From Methylophilus sp. (GTDB taxonomy: Bacteria > Pseudomonadota > Gammaproteobacteria > Burkholderiales > Methylophilaceae): a stretch of 64,000 bases of DNA. A program made the translations under genes and the position numbers. The notes below the pieces were generated by a model. The model saw nothing but the letters and a program-made list of their open reading frames with translations, was not told the DNA's origin and searched no databases. Positions 8,860 through 18,093 of the stretch are shown here, piece by piece. The stretch lies in contig JBGAVM010000009.1 in the NCBI GenBank assembly GCA_044228125.1, positions 23,020 to 87,019 on the forward strand. The letters run 5' to 3'. Each line of letters starts with the position of its first letter. Position 1 is the first letter of the stretch.

Positions 8860-9465
8860 ATGGGAAATGAGCTTCCAATCACAAAGTCTGGCGATACGCG
8901 TCAGCAAATCCTCGATACAGCCAAGGACATCATCCTCGCCAAGGGCTTTTCTGCGGCAGGCCTCAACGAGATACTCTCAGCTGCTGGCGTACCCAAGGGT
9001 TCGTTCTATCACTATTTCAAATCCAAAGAGCAGTTTGGTGACGCATTGCTGGAAAATTACTTTGACGATTATTTGCAGATGTTAGAACACTTACTCAAAG
9101 ATGACGGCAGTTCAAATTCCAGCCGATTGCTCAAGTTTTTTCAAACATGGCTGGATACCCAATCTAGCGACGCAACAACAGATAAATGCTTAATTGTTAA
9201 ATTGAGCGCAGAAGTGACCGATCTCTCCGAAGCTATGCGTATTACATTGAAGAATGGTACCGATAGTGTGATTGCGCGCCTTACCAACTGCGTGCAAGAG
9301 GGCATCCGCAAGGGCGAATTTCCTGCCAATCTGGATGCGAACACTGTTACTGCAGAAATCTATTATATGTGGGTAGGCGCTACGCTTTTAACCAAAGTTG
9401 GCCGCACGCGTGCAGCCCTTGAATGCGCTATGAATGCCACGAAAACGAGACTGGGGCTTGATTGA
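8860..9465 (+). CDS. nemR: TetR-family repressor, NemR-like
   Basis: HTH GLNEILSAAGVPKGSFYHYFKSKE; CLIVKLSAEVTDLSEAMR motif with sensing Cys. Confidence 0.85.
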   Translation: MGNELPITKSGDTRQQILDTAKDIILAKGFSAAGLNEILSAAGVPKGSFYHYFKSKEQFGDALLENYFDDYLQMLEHLLKDDGSSNSSRLLKFFQTWLDTQSSDATTDKCLIVKLSAEVTDLSEAMRITLKNGTDSVIARLTNCVQEGIRKGEFPANLDANTVTAEIYYMWVGATLLTKVGRTRAALECAMNATKTRLGLD

Positions 9466-9489
9466 GTACGATCTTTTTATTTGGCCGAA

Positions 9490-9509
9490 AACTAGCCGAC
9501 TGGTCTAAT
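9490..9509. promoter_or_regulatory. NemR-type operator 2
   Basis: AACTAGCCGACTGGTCTAAT, 18/20 identical to operator 1, upstream of yqhD. Confidence 0.75.
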
Positions 9510-9534
9510 AACTGTAATTTTTAAGGAGTTTTTG

Positions 9535-10704
9535 ATGTTGAATTTTGATTTTTATAATCCCACGCGTATCGCTTTCGGTAAGGGCAAGGTCGCCGAAATC
9601 GACAAACTAGTGCCTACTGAGGCTCGTGTATTGATTGTCTACGGCGGCACTAGCGCCAAGAAGAACGGCACGCTGGATGAAGTCAAAACCGCTCTGGGCG
9701 GACGTTATGTCGAGGAGTTCAGCGGCGTCGAGCCTAATCCGACTTATGAAACGCTCATAAAAGCTGTCGCCCAAATCAAGGCTAACAGGCTGGATTATCT
9801 GTTGGCAGTTGGTGGCGGCTCGGTAATTGATGGCACCAAGTTTGTCGCGGCGGCGGTTTATGCCGAAGAAGACCCGTGGGAGATTTTGCTCAAACGCGGT
9901 GCCAATGTGAAACAAGCCATGCCTTATGGCACGGTGCTGACCTTGCCTGCAACAGGCTCGGAGATGAACGACGGCTCGGTGATTTCACGCACCGAAACCG
10001 CATCCGGCTTACACGACAAGCTCTATTTCACCAGTGAGCATGTGTTTCCACAGTTCTCCGTACTCGATCCGACCAAGACCTATACCTTGCCGCCGCGCCA
10101 GTTGGCTAACGGCGTGGTGGATGCCTACACGCACATCATGGAGCAATACCTGACCTACCCGGTGGAAGCGCGCGTGCAGGACCGCTTTGCCGAAGGCCTA
10201 CTGCAAACGCTGATTGAAATCGGCCCTAAAATTCTGCAAAACCCGCAGGATTATGATTTGCAAGCCAATTTCATGTGGGTTGCCACGCTGGCCTTGAATG
10301 GCTTGATCGGCTCCGGTGTACCGAGCGATTGGGCGACGCACATGATAGGCCACGAAATCACCGCGCTCCATGGATTGGATCACGCGCAAACGCTGGCTAT
10401 CATCCTGCCGACCATGTTGAGTGTTCGTCGCGAATCCAAGCGCGCCAAGCTGCTGCAATACGCCGAGCGCGTCTGGCATATCAGTGAAGGTACAGAGGAT
10501 GCTCGCATCGAAGCGGCCATCCAAAATACCCGCGCTTTTTTCGAAAGCCTCAGCGTGCCGACGCGCTTATCCGCCTACAACATTAGCGCGGATGCCATTC
10601 CTGCCATGCTGGCGCAGCTTGAAAGTCATGGCATGGTCGAGTTGGGTGAACACAAGGATGTGACGCTGGATAAGAGCAGGGAAGTGCTGGAAGCGAGTAT
10701 TTAG
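9535..10704 (+). CDS. yqhD: Iron-containing NADPH-dependent aldehyde reductase, YqhD-like
   Basis: FDFYNPTRI, AVGGGSVIDGTK, TLPATGSEMN and DWATHMIGHE motifs. Confidence 0.9.
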   Translation: MLNFDFYNPTRIAFGKGKVAEIDKLVPTEARVLIVYGGTSAKKNGTLDEVKTALGGRYVEEFSGVEPNPTYETLIKAVAQIKANRLDYLLAVGGGSVIDGTKFVAAAVYAEEDPWEILLKRGANVKQAMPYGTVLTLPATGSEMNDGSVISRTETASGLHDKLYFTSEHVFPQFSVLDPTKTYTLPPRQLANGVVDAYTHIMEQYLTYPVEARVQDRFAEGLLQTLIEIGPKILQNPQDYDLQANFMWVATLALNGLIGSGVPSDWATHMIGHEITALHGLDHAQTLAIILPTMLSVRRESKRAKLLQYAERVWHISEGTEDARIEAAIQNTRAFFESLSVPTRLSAYNISADAIPAMLAQLESHGMVELGEHKDVTLDKSREVLEASI

Positions 10705-10711
10705 ATTTTTA

Positions 10712-10745
10712 GTAGGGTGGATAAGCGTGATAGCGCGTATCCACC
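10712..10745 (+). repeat. GTAG-type REP element
   Basis: GTAG followed by the palindrome GGTGGATAAGCG...CGCGTATCCACC. Confidence 0.7.
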
Positions 10746-10776
10746 ATCTTCGTGTTTTATTTTTTTAGGAGCAATC

Positions 10777-11082
10777 ATGAGCAAGAAGTTAGCCCTGTAT
10801 GTACGTCTGCACGCCAAGCCAGGCAAGGAAGCAGCACTAGAAGCATTTCTTAAATCCGCACTGCCACTAGTGGAAAACGAGCCGGAAACCGCTACCTGGT
10901 ACGCACTCAAATTCGGGCCTGCAACCTTTGGCATTTTTGACACCTTTATGGATGAACATGGTCGACAAGCACATTTGACCGGGAAAATCGCTGAGGCACT
11001 AATGGCAAATGCCACAGACTTGCTGGCTGAGATGCCGGTGATCGAAACCGTGGATTTACTGGCAGTCAAAGGCCAGGCTTAA
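10777..11082 (+). CDS. Antibiotic biosynthesis monooxygenase (ABM) family protein
   Basis: AKPGKE, EPETATWYAL and FGIFDTF...GRQAHL motifs; GGAG RBS before ATG 10777. Confidence 0.85.
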   Translation: MSKKLALYVRLHAKPGKEAALEAFLKSALPLVENEPETATWYALKFGPATFGIFDTFMDEHGRQAHLTGKIAEALMANATDLLAEMPVIETVDLLAVKGQA

Positions 11083-11134
11083 ATCAGTTTTTGGCTAAGT
11101 AGATAGCTCCTCCCCCTAGCTATTTCGGGCCTAT

Positions 11135-11178
11135 ACTGGCACATCATTTTCTCCCTTTTGTGGATGTGCCAGTTTTTT
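11135..11178 (+). terminator. Intra-operon hairpin/terminator
   Basis: ACTGGCACATC...GATGTGCCAGT followed by T-run. Confidence 0.55.
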
Positions 11179-11191
11179 CTTATAGAGCAGA

Positions 11192-12154
11192 ATGTATAAC
11201 CCTAATCCAAATCAATCGCCGACAGGCAACCGTGGCTGGCAGCGTGCATTCCAACGTGGCAAACTCACGCTGGGCATCATGTTCCCGATCGAGGCCTTCG
11301 AGCGCGACCAACCGACCATGCACAACCAGGTAGCGCTGGCACAGTTTGCCGAAAAAGCCGGTTTTGCCAGCTTGGGCTTTCGCGATGTGCCGCTGCGCGA
11401 CCCGAATTTTGGCGATGTCGGTCAAGTGTTCGACCCGTGGGCTTATCTCGGTTATATGGCCGCGCAGACCACAGAAATCGCTCTGCTGACGGCATCCATC
11501 ATCCTGCCATTGCGCCACCCAATTCATATCGCCAAGGCCGCCGCCAGCATAGACCAGTTGTCCAATGGCCGCTTGCTGCTGGGCATTGCTACGGGCGATA
11601 GATTGGTGGAGTTCCCTGCTTTCAATGTGGATTTTGAGTCGCGCGGTGCCATGTTTCGCGAAGAGGTCGAGCTGCTTAAAATTTATTGGTCAGAGCACTT
11701 CCCGCAAGTCAGTAGCGGCTTCGGCCATCTGCAGGGTGCCGATGTCATCCCTAAGCCGCTAGCTTCGCATGTGCCCTTGCTCGTCACCGGCCATAGCCAG
11801 CAGGATTTGGGCTGGATCGCGCGCAACGCCGACGGCTGGATGAGCTACCCGCGCAGCATAGAGGCCCAAGAGCAGATCGTCCAGCGATGGCGCGATACGG
11901 TAGAAGCCGAGTTACCGGGGCAGTACAAACCATTCATACAGTCATATTTTATTGACCTTGTCGACAACCCGAATGAAGCAGCAACGCCTATTCATTTGGG
12001 TCACCGTCTCGGCAGAAATGCCTTGCTAATGCATCTGCGTGCCAGCAAACGCATTGGCGTGGATCACTTGATATTCAATTTGAAATATGGAAAACGTGCA
12101 GCTGACGAAGTGCTGCAGGAACTGGCAGAGTTCGTGCTGCCAGAATTTATCTAA
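11192..12154 (+). CDS. Luciferase-like monooxygenase (LLM) class oxidoreductase
   Basis: RDVPLRDPNFGDVGQ, ILPLRHP and LSNGRLLLGIATGDR motifs. Confidence 0.88.
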   Translation: MYNPNPNQSPTGNRGWQRAFQRGKLTLGIMFPIEAFERDQPTMHNQVALAQFAEKAGFASLGFRDVPLRDPNFGDVGQVFDPWAYLGYMAAQTTEIALLTASIILPLRHPIHIAKAAASIDQLSNGRLLLGIATGDRLVEFPAFNVDFESRGAMFREEVELLKIYWSEHFPQVSSGFGHLQGADVIPKPLASHVPLLVTGHSQQDLGWIARNADGWMSYPRSIEAQEQIVQRWRDTVEAELPGQYKPFIQSYFIDLVDNPNEAATPIHLGHRLGRNALLMHLRASKRIGVDHLIFNLKYGKRAADEVLQELAEFVLPEFI

Positions 12155-12228
12155 CACAGGCACCCTCGCCTGCCAATGCATCAAACAATGCAGGCAAGGA
12201 TGCCAGCTTCACTCAAACAGGAGACACT

Positions 12229-13251
12229 ATGAAAGCCGTTGCACTCACTAGATATTTACCTATCAGTGATCCTGAATCACTGATGGACGTCGAATTGCAC
12301 ACCCCTGTCGCTGCCGGTCGCGATCTTCTGGTGAAGATCCACGCGATTGCAGTCAACCCTGTTGATACCAAGGTGCGCAAGCCGAAAGACAAGGTAGAAA
12401 CAACACCCAAGGTGCTAGGTTGGGATGCCGCTGGCGAAGTGGTCGAAGTCGGAGCAGACTGCACGCTGTTCAAGCCTGGCGACAAAGTATTTTACGCTGG
12501 CGATCTCACGCGCTCAGGCTGCAATGCTGAGTACCAGCTCGTGGATGAACGCATCGTCGGCCACATGCCACAGCGTTTGAGTTTCGAGCAAGCAGCGGCT
12601 TTGCCGCTGACTGCGCTGACTGCCTGGGAATCACTATTCGACCGATTGGGCATTGCGCTTGATAGCGCACAGAACCGTAATAAAAGCCTGCTCATCATAG
12701 GCGGCGCAGGTGGCGTGGGCTCGATTGCCATCCAACTCGCCCATAAGCTGGCGGGATTGACTGTGGTAGCCACGGCATCGCGACCTGAGACCGTCACATG
12801 GGTGCAGAAATTGGGAGCGCAGCATGTCATCAATCATAAGCATGACATGATCGCGCAAATGCGCGAAATCGGCATTCCCCAGCCTGATTATATTTTCTGC
12901 TGCAACGACACTGATACCTACTTTCCAATCATGGCCGAATTGATTAAACCGCAAGGCCACATCTGCTCAATTGTAGAAACCGCAAAGCCCGTCGACCTCA
13001 ATCTACTTAAAAATAAAAGCGCGACCTTTGTCTGGGAGCTCATGTACACGCGCTCTATGTTTCAGACTGAAGACATGATTGAGCAACACCATATTCTGGA
13101 TCGTGTAGCGCGACTAGTCGATGATGGCTTGCTGAAATCCACCCTCAACGAAACACTGTCTCCTATCAATGCAGCCAACCTGCGTCAGGCGCATGCGCAG
13201 CTTGAAGCCGGCAGCACCATAGGTAAAATCGTGTTGAGCGGCTGGGCTTGA
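12229..13251 (+). CDS. Zinc-binding ADH-family (quinone oxidoreductase-like) protein
   Basis: AVNPVDTKVR, LGWDAAG, IIGGAGGVGS and WELMYTRS motifs. Confidence 0.9.
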   Translation: MKAVALTRYLPISDPESLMDVELHTPVAAGRDLLVKIHAIAVNPVDTKVRKPKDKVETTPKVLGWDAAGEVVEVGADCTLFKPGDKVFYAGDLTRSGCNAEYQLVDERIVGHMPQRLSFEQAAALPLTALTAWESLFDRLGIALDSAQNRNKSLLIIGGAGGVGSIAIQLAHKLAGLTVVATASRPETVTWVQKLGAQHVINHKHDMIAQMREIGIPQPDYIFCCNDTDTYFPIMAELIKPQGHICSIVETAKPVDLNLLKNKSATFVWELMYTRSMFQTEDMIEQHHILDRVARLVDDGLLKSTLNETLSPINAANLRQAHAQLEAGSTIGKIVLSGWA

Positions 13252-13286
13252 TTTCCATACTATTTTTACATTATCAGGAGATAAAA

Positions 13287-14276
13287 ATGTCACTTGTCGT
13301 CAGATTCCACCAAACCGGTGGGCCAGAAGTATTACAGATAGCAGATGAACAAGTCGCCGCACCAGGCAAGGGTGAAGTGCAGATCAAAGTACATGCCATC
13401 GGACTCAATCGTGCGGAAGTTATGTTTCGCAATGGCCAGTATCTGGAAGCACCGCAACTGCCAGCGAGGCTGGGCTATGAAGCGGCAGGCATAGTCAACG
13501 CGGCGGGCGAGGACGTGACTGAGTTCAAAATAGGTGATGCGGTCAGCACAATCCCAGCGTTCTCGCAAAATCAGTATGGTGTGTATGGTGAGTTGGCGAA
13601 TGTGCCTGCATTTGCCGTGGTCAAACATCCACCATCACTTTCCTGGCCAGAAGCTTCTGCCATCTGGATGCAATATATGACTGCCTACGGCGCACTGGTG
13701 GAGTTTGCCGATACCAAAGTTGGCGAATTTGTGTTGATACCGGCGGCATCAAGCAGCGTGGGTGTGGCAGCGATCGAGACTGCCAATCTGCTGGGAGCCG
13801 TTCCTATTGCTTTGACGCGTACCAGCAGTAAGCGCGAGGCTTTACTCAAGGCTGGTGCCAAACACGTGATTGCGACAGGAGAGCAGGACTTAGTGGCAGA
13901 AGTCAACCGCATTACCAATAACAAGGGCGCTAGGGTTGTGTTTGATCCAGTGGGCGGGCCTACCATCGCCAAGCTGGCAGAAGCCACAGCGCAAAGCGGC
14001 ATAATTTTTCAATATGGCGCCCTAAGTACAGAGCCGACGCCATTGCCGCTGTTCCCCGTGCTCGCCAAGCAACTAACCATACGCGGGTATACCCTATTTG
14101 AAATCAGCACCCATCCTGAGCGCATGGCACGCGCCAAAGCCTTCATTGTGCAAGGGTTGACTGAAGGCAAGCTGAAACCGCTGGTAGCCAAAACCTTTCC
14201 GCTAGCGCAGATTGTCGAAGCACACCGCTATATGGAATCCAACCAGCAGATCGGCAAGATTGTGGTAACAGTTTAG
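13287..14276 (+). CDS. NADPH:quinone reductase (MDR family)
   Basis: GGPEVL, AIGLNRAE, AASSSVG and QIGKIVV motifs; GGAG RBS before ATG 13287. Confidence 0.88.
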   Translation: MSLVVRFHQTGGPEVLQIADEQVAAPGKGEVQIKVHAIGLNRAEVMFRNGQYLEAPQLPARLGYEAAGIVNAAGEDVTEFKIGDAVSTIPAFSQNQYGVYGELANVPAFAVVKHPPSLSWPEASAIWMQYMTAYGALVEFADTKVGEFVLIPAASSSVGVAAIETANLLGAVPIALTRTSSKREALLKAGAKHVIATGEQDLVAEVNRITNNKGARVVFDPVGGPTIAKLAEATAQSGIIFQYGALSTEPTPLPLFPVLAKQLTIRGYTLFEISTHPERMARAKAFIVQGLTEGKLKPLVAKTFPLAQIVEAHRYMESNQQIGKIVVTV

Positions 14277-14460
14277 CGCTAATAGCAACTGCATAGGTGC
14301 TTTACAGTCGGTTGGGCAGTCACGTTTGAGTGCCGAAATTAAGCCTCCACGATGAAAGTATACAAACATAGAATCTGGGAGCGTTAATGGTGGATTTTGT
14401 TTAGCAAACTCATCCTAACCCTTTAGCGGGACGCCTGATGGTGCTCATGCATTCAACTAT

Positions 14461-14643
14461 TGAAGGTCAGTAAAGGGACGATTAGAGTCGGTTAATCTAA
14501 CAGCTCGTATAATTCTAAAGAGATAGTCCGCTTAATCCTGTCTACTTTTCAGTTTAAGTATATTAGGAGTATTTGAACTGCTAATTTAACTTATTCCGGG
14601 ATTGGGTTTTATGAAGGTCGAAAATGGATTCCGCGATGACTTC
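14461..14643 (+). repeat. Cassette-boundary dyad sites D (14461-14493) and E (14612-14643)
   Basis: D: TGAAGGTCAGTAAA-GGGACG-ATT, an inverted near-copy of site C. E: TGAAGGTCGAAAATGGATTCCGCGATGACTTC, degenerate. Confidence 0.55.
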
Positions 14644-14788
14644 CTGACTGTATCAGCAATCTTAATTCTACTTTTTATTTATGAGCATATATGACTCATA
14701 GAAGACCTTCATAAATATATATAAATCAACTATTCACATTTACATATTTAAATGTAACAATATATACCTTAAATTTAAAGAGGCACAT

Positions 14789-15922
14789 ATGAACGTATCG
14801 TCATTATTTGAAGAAGTCCAATTGGGCGACTTGTTTTTACCTAATCGAATTGTATTACCACCATTAACTCGCTGCCGTAGCACTCAACCGGGAAATGTGC
14901 CAAACGAATTAATGGCAAGTTACTATAAACAACGCTCTACTGCTGGTTTTATGGTTACAGAAGGCACACAGATTGAAGGACGTGGGCAAGGCTATGCTTG
15001 GACGCCAGGCATTCATTCTGAGGAGCAAATAGAAGGTTGGAAGAAAGTAACGAACGCTGTACATGAAAGTGGTGGAGTTATCTTTTGCCAACTTTGGCAT
15101 GTTGGCCGGGTATCCCATTGCGATTTACAACCAAACGGAGATGCACCAGTTGCACCGTCAGCCATTCAGGCAAAGTCTGTAAAGGTGTTCATTGAGACTG
15201 GCCCAGGCGAAGGTGCTTTGGTTGAACCAAGCATGCCTCGTGAACTAACAACCGAAGAAGTTAAAGAGTTGGTTAACATATATCGTCAAGCTGCTAAAAA
15301 CGCAAAGTTGGCTGGATTTGACGGTGTTGAGCTTCACTCCGCTAACGGTTATCTGCTAAACCAATTCATCTCTGAGCACACGAATCACAGAGCTGACGAA
15401 TACGGTGGCTCGCTACCTAATAGACTACGCTTTTTAAGAGAGGTTACTGAAGCTGTTATCGAAGTGTTTGGGCGTAATCGAGTAGGTGTAAGATTCGCTC
15501 CACTGTTTGCCACCACTACAGAAGATCGTGTTTATCTTGGCCTTGTAGAAAGTAATCCTCATGAAACCTACATTCGTGCTGCTGAAATGTTAAATGACCT
15601 TGGCATTGCATACATATCGATCGCAGAGGCGGATTGGGACAACAGCCCGGACTTGCCTGAAACATTTAGACGTGAATTACGTAAAACATTTCAGGGTGCG
15701 ATAATCTATGCAGGTCGTTATACCGTAGAAAAAGCACTGACAGTAAATTCAAAAGGCTACGGTGATTTATATGCATTTGGTAAACCATTCATAGCAAACC
15801 CCGATTTACCATATCGAATTCAAAAAGGGTTATCGTTTAATCAGGTGCAAAATGATACTCTTTACGGTGGTGGCGAAGCAGGATACATTGATTATCCATT
15901 CAGCACACAATTATCAACTTAA
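14789..15922 (+). CDS. nemA: Old yellow enzyme / alkene reductase, NemA-like
   Basis: PLTRCR, QLWHVGRVSH, GFDGVELHSANGYL and IANPDLP motifs. Confidence 0.9.
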   Translation: MNVSSLFEEVQLGDLFLPNRIVLPPLTRCRSTQPGNVPNELMASYYKQRSTAGFMVTEGTQIEGRGQGYAWTPGIHSEEQIEGWKKVTNAVHESGGVIFCQLWHVGRVSHCDLQPNGDAPVAPSAIQAKSVKVFIETGPGEGALVEPSMPRELTTEEVKELVNIYRQAAKNAKLAGFDGVELHSANGYLLNQFISEHTNHRADEYGGSLPNRLRFLREVTEAVIEVFGRNRVGVRFAPLFATTTEDRVYLGLVESNPHETYIRAAEMLNDLGIAYISIAEADWDNSPDLPETFRRELRKTFQGAIIYAGRYTVEKALTVNSKGYGDLYAFGKPFIANPDLPYRIQKGLSFNQVQNDTLYGGGEAGYIDYPFSTQLST

Positions 15923-15960
15923 ATGGTGGGCTTCCCCACTGGCAATAAGGTGGGAGTAAC

Positions 15961-16272
15961 ATGGATTTGAATGAAGCATTAAAAATGCTAGCCAACCCGA
16001 CAAGACGTGCAATATTGGCTTGGTTAGCTAATCCTGATGAGGCGTTTAAGGGCTACTCTCAGCTTTACCCGTACGAGATGTACGGAGTATGTGCAAGCCT
16101 GATTCAGGACAAGGTTGGGCTATCGCAACCCGCTACATCATTGTGCTTAAAAGCGTTGCAAGATGCGAACTTAGTTGAATCAACTAAGATTGGGAAATGG
16201 ACATACTACAAACGTAACTCGACGGTGGTAGAGCAAGTTTTAACTACCTTACGTGAAGTATTGAGTGAATAG
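15961..16272 (+). CDS. ArsR/SmtB-family regulator
   Basis: LANPTRRAIL...GVCAS...GLSQPATS...GKWTYYKRN. Confidence 0.88.
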   Translation: MDLNEALKMLANPTRRAILAWLANPDEAFKGYSQLYPYEMYGVCASLIQDKVGLSQPATSLCLKALQDANLVESTKIGKWTYYKRNSTVVEQVLTTLREVLSE

Positions 16273-16331
16273 TGAGGTTGTTATGTCTAGCGGAACTCTA
16301 ATCAATCAAATAGACCAGATTAGCTCAAATT

Positions 16332-16408
16332 TGAATGACTGCTATGGGCCGAATCAAGCAGTTTAGATTGTTTTGATAAACGTCTGCTTTGCGGATTCAG
16401 TGGAAATT
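16332..16408 (+). repeat. Cassette-boundary dyad sites F (16332-16363) and G (16377-16408)
   Basis: F: TGAATGACTGCTAT-GGGCCG-AATC. G: TAAACGTCTGCTTT-GCGGAT-TCAGTGGAAATT. Confidence 0.65.
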
Positions 16409-16527
16409 GATGCTGCTGCAAGTAGCTTATTCACTCAATATCTGCAATTATTAGATTTCATGGACTATCACTGAAAGTCTAAGAAATTTTTGATAATTAT
16501 CGTGCCACATGACGGCAGCCTTCACCG

Positions 16528-17958
16528 ATGAAACTTTACGAACAACTTGCCAACTCGATTGCTCAATCAATTCAAGAAGGAGTTTTATGCCGGGGTGACA
16601 GATTGCCGTCCGTACGCCATGCCAGTGCCAGTCGTAAAGTTAGCCCATCAACAGTATTGGAAGCATATTATTTGCTGGAAGCCCGAGGGCTCATCAGTGC
16701 GCGTGAACGTTCTGGTTACTTTGTCACCGGTGGCGGCGTTAATATTCCATTAACCCCAGATCCGGTTTTTAATGCAGATTCTGAATCAACAGAGGTAGAT
16801 GTCAGTGAGTTAGTGTTTGAGGTTCTGCAGTCTATCAGAGTAAAAAACATCATGCCCTTGGGTTCGGCGTTTCCCAGTCCTTTACTATTTCCAAGAGCTA
16901 ATCTGGCAAGAACGATGGCTTCAAGTGTTCAGGAAATGGACCCTTGGTCTAGCGTGGATAATCTGAGTGCAGGAGATGCCAACCTCAGGAGACAAATTGC
17001 ATTACGCTACATGATCGATGGCCTGCATGTGGCGGCGGATGAAATTGTGGTGACTAACGGTGCTCTCGAAGGCTTGAATTTATGTTTGATGGCTGTTGCG
17101 CGACCTGGGGACACCATACTGATTGAGTCTCCTACGTTTTATGCTGCCCTGCAATCTATTGAGCGTATCGGCCTGCGGGCAGTCGAAGTGCCCAGTCACC
17201 CGAAAGATGGTATTGACTTAGCAGCTATGGAGCGTGCAATTGAGCGGCACAAACCCAAGGCTTGCTGGTTAATGACCAACTTTCAGAACCCGTTAGGAAG
17301 CTTGCTCTCAGACAATAAAAAGAAAGCTTTGGTAGAGATCATTACCAAACATCAGATTCCGTTAATTGAAGATGATGTTTATGGTGAGCTTTATTTTGGT
17401 ACCAAGCGACCCACACCTGCAAAAGCTTTTGATACGGAAGGCTTGGTGATGCATTGTTCTTCATTTTCAAAATGCCTCGCACCGGGCTACCGCGTGGGCT
17501 GGGTCGCACCAGGAAAATATTTGCAGTCGGTAGAACGGCTCAAGTTAACCACTACCATATCTGCATCTGTTCCGGTACAGGTTGCCATTGCCAGGTATCT
17601 GCAAAAGGGCGGCTATGACAAACACTTGCGCAATTTACGCCATACATTGATGCTGAATCAAATTAAGTTCATAGAAGCAGTCGAGCGCCATTTTCCAGCG
17701 GGAACGCGGCTGACAACACCGCAAGGTGGATACTTTCTGTGGATTAAGCTGCCTGATGGCGTTAATGCGCTGCAATTGCATAAACTTGCACTTGCGAATG
17801 GAATCAGCATTGCCCCAGGCCCGATATTTTCTGCACATAGAGGGTTTGCGGACTACATACGACTCAATTATGGGCATATTTGGGATGCGCGCACAGAAGT
17901 CTCACTGAGAGTGTTAGGTGGACTGGTGAGAGACCTCAGTGCCCTGCCAAGGTCTTAA
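16528..17958 (+). CDS. MocR/GntR PLP-dependent regulator, MpaR (PA4132)-like
   Basis: GntR HTH RLPSVR...VSPSTV; aminotransferase domain with NFQNP, EDDVY and SSFSK. Confidence 0.88.
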   Translation: MKLYEQLANSIAQSIQEGVLCRGDRLPSVRHASASRKVSPSTVLEAYYLLEARGLISARERSGYFVTGGGVNIPLTPDPVFNADSESTEVDVSELVFEVLQSIRVKNIMPLGSAFPSPLLFPRANLARTMASSVQEMDPWSSVDNLSAGDANLRRQIALRYMIDGLHVAADEIVVTNGALEGLNLCLMAVARPGDTILIESPTFYAALQSIERIGLRAVEVPSHPKDGIDLAAMERAIERHKPKACWLMTNFQNPLGSLLSDNKKKALVEIITKHQIPLIEDDVYGELYFGTKRPTPAKAFDTEGLVMHCSSFSKCLAPGYRVGWVAPGKYLQSVERLKLTTTISASVPVQVAIARYLQKGGYDKHLRNLRHTLMLNQIKFIEAVERHFPAGTRLTTPQGGYFLWIKLPDGVNALQLHKLALANGISIAPGPIFSAHRGFADYIRLNYGHIWDARTEVSLRVLGGLVRDLSALPRS

Positions 17959-18093
17959 TAATTTCTGCATACCCATATCTGTTATGCTTTTTTAAATCGT
18001 AACTGTCTCTGTTATTGAATTCCGCAAATCGATATCTTAATCACTGTTAAAACAATCCGGCATTTTAGTTAGCTGGAGATTTAAGGTGATTCA

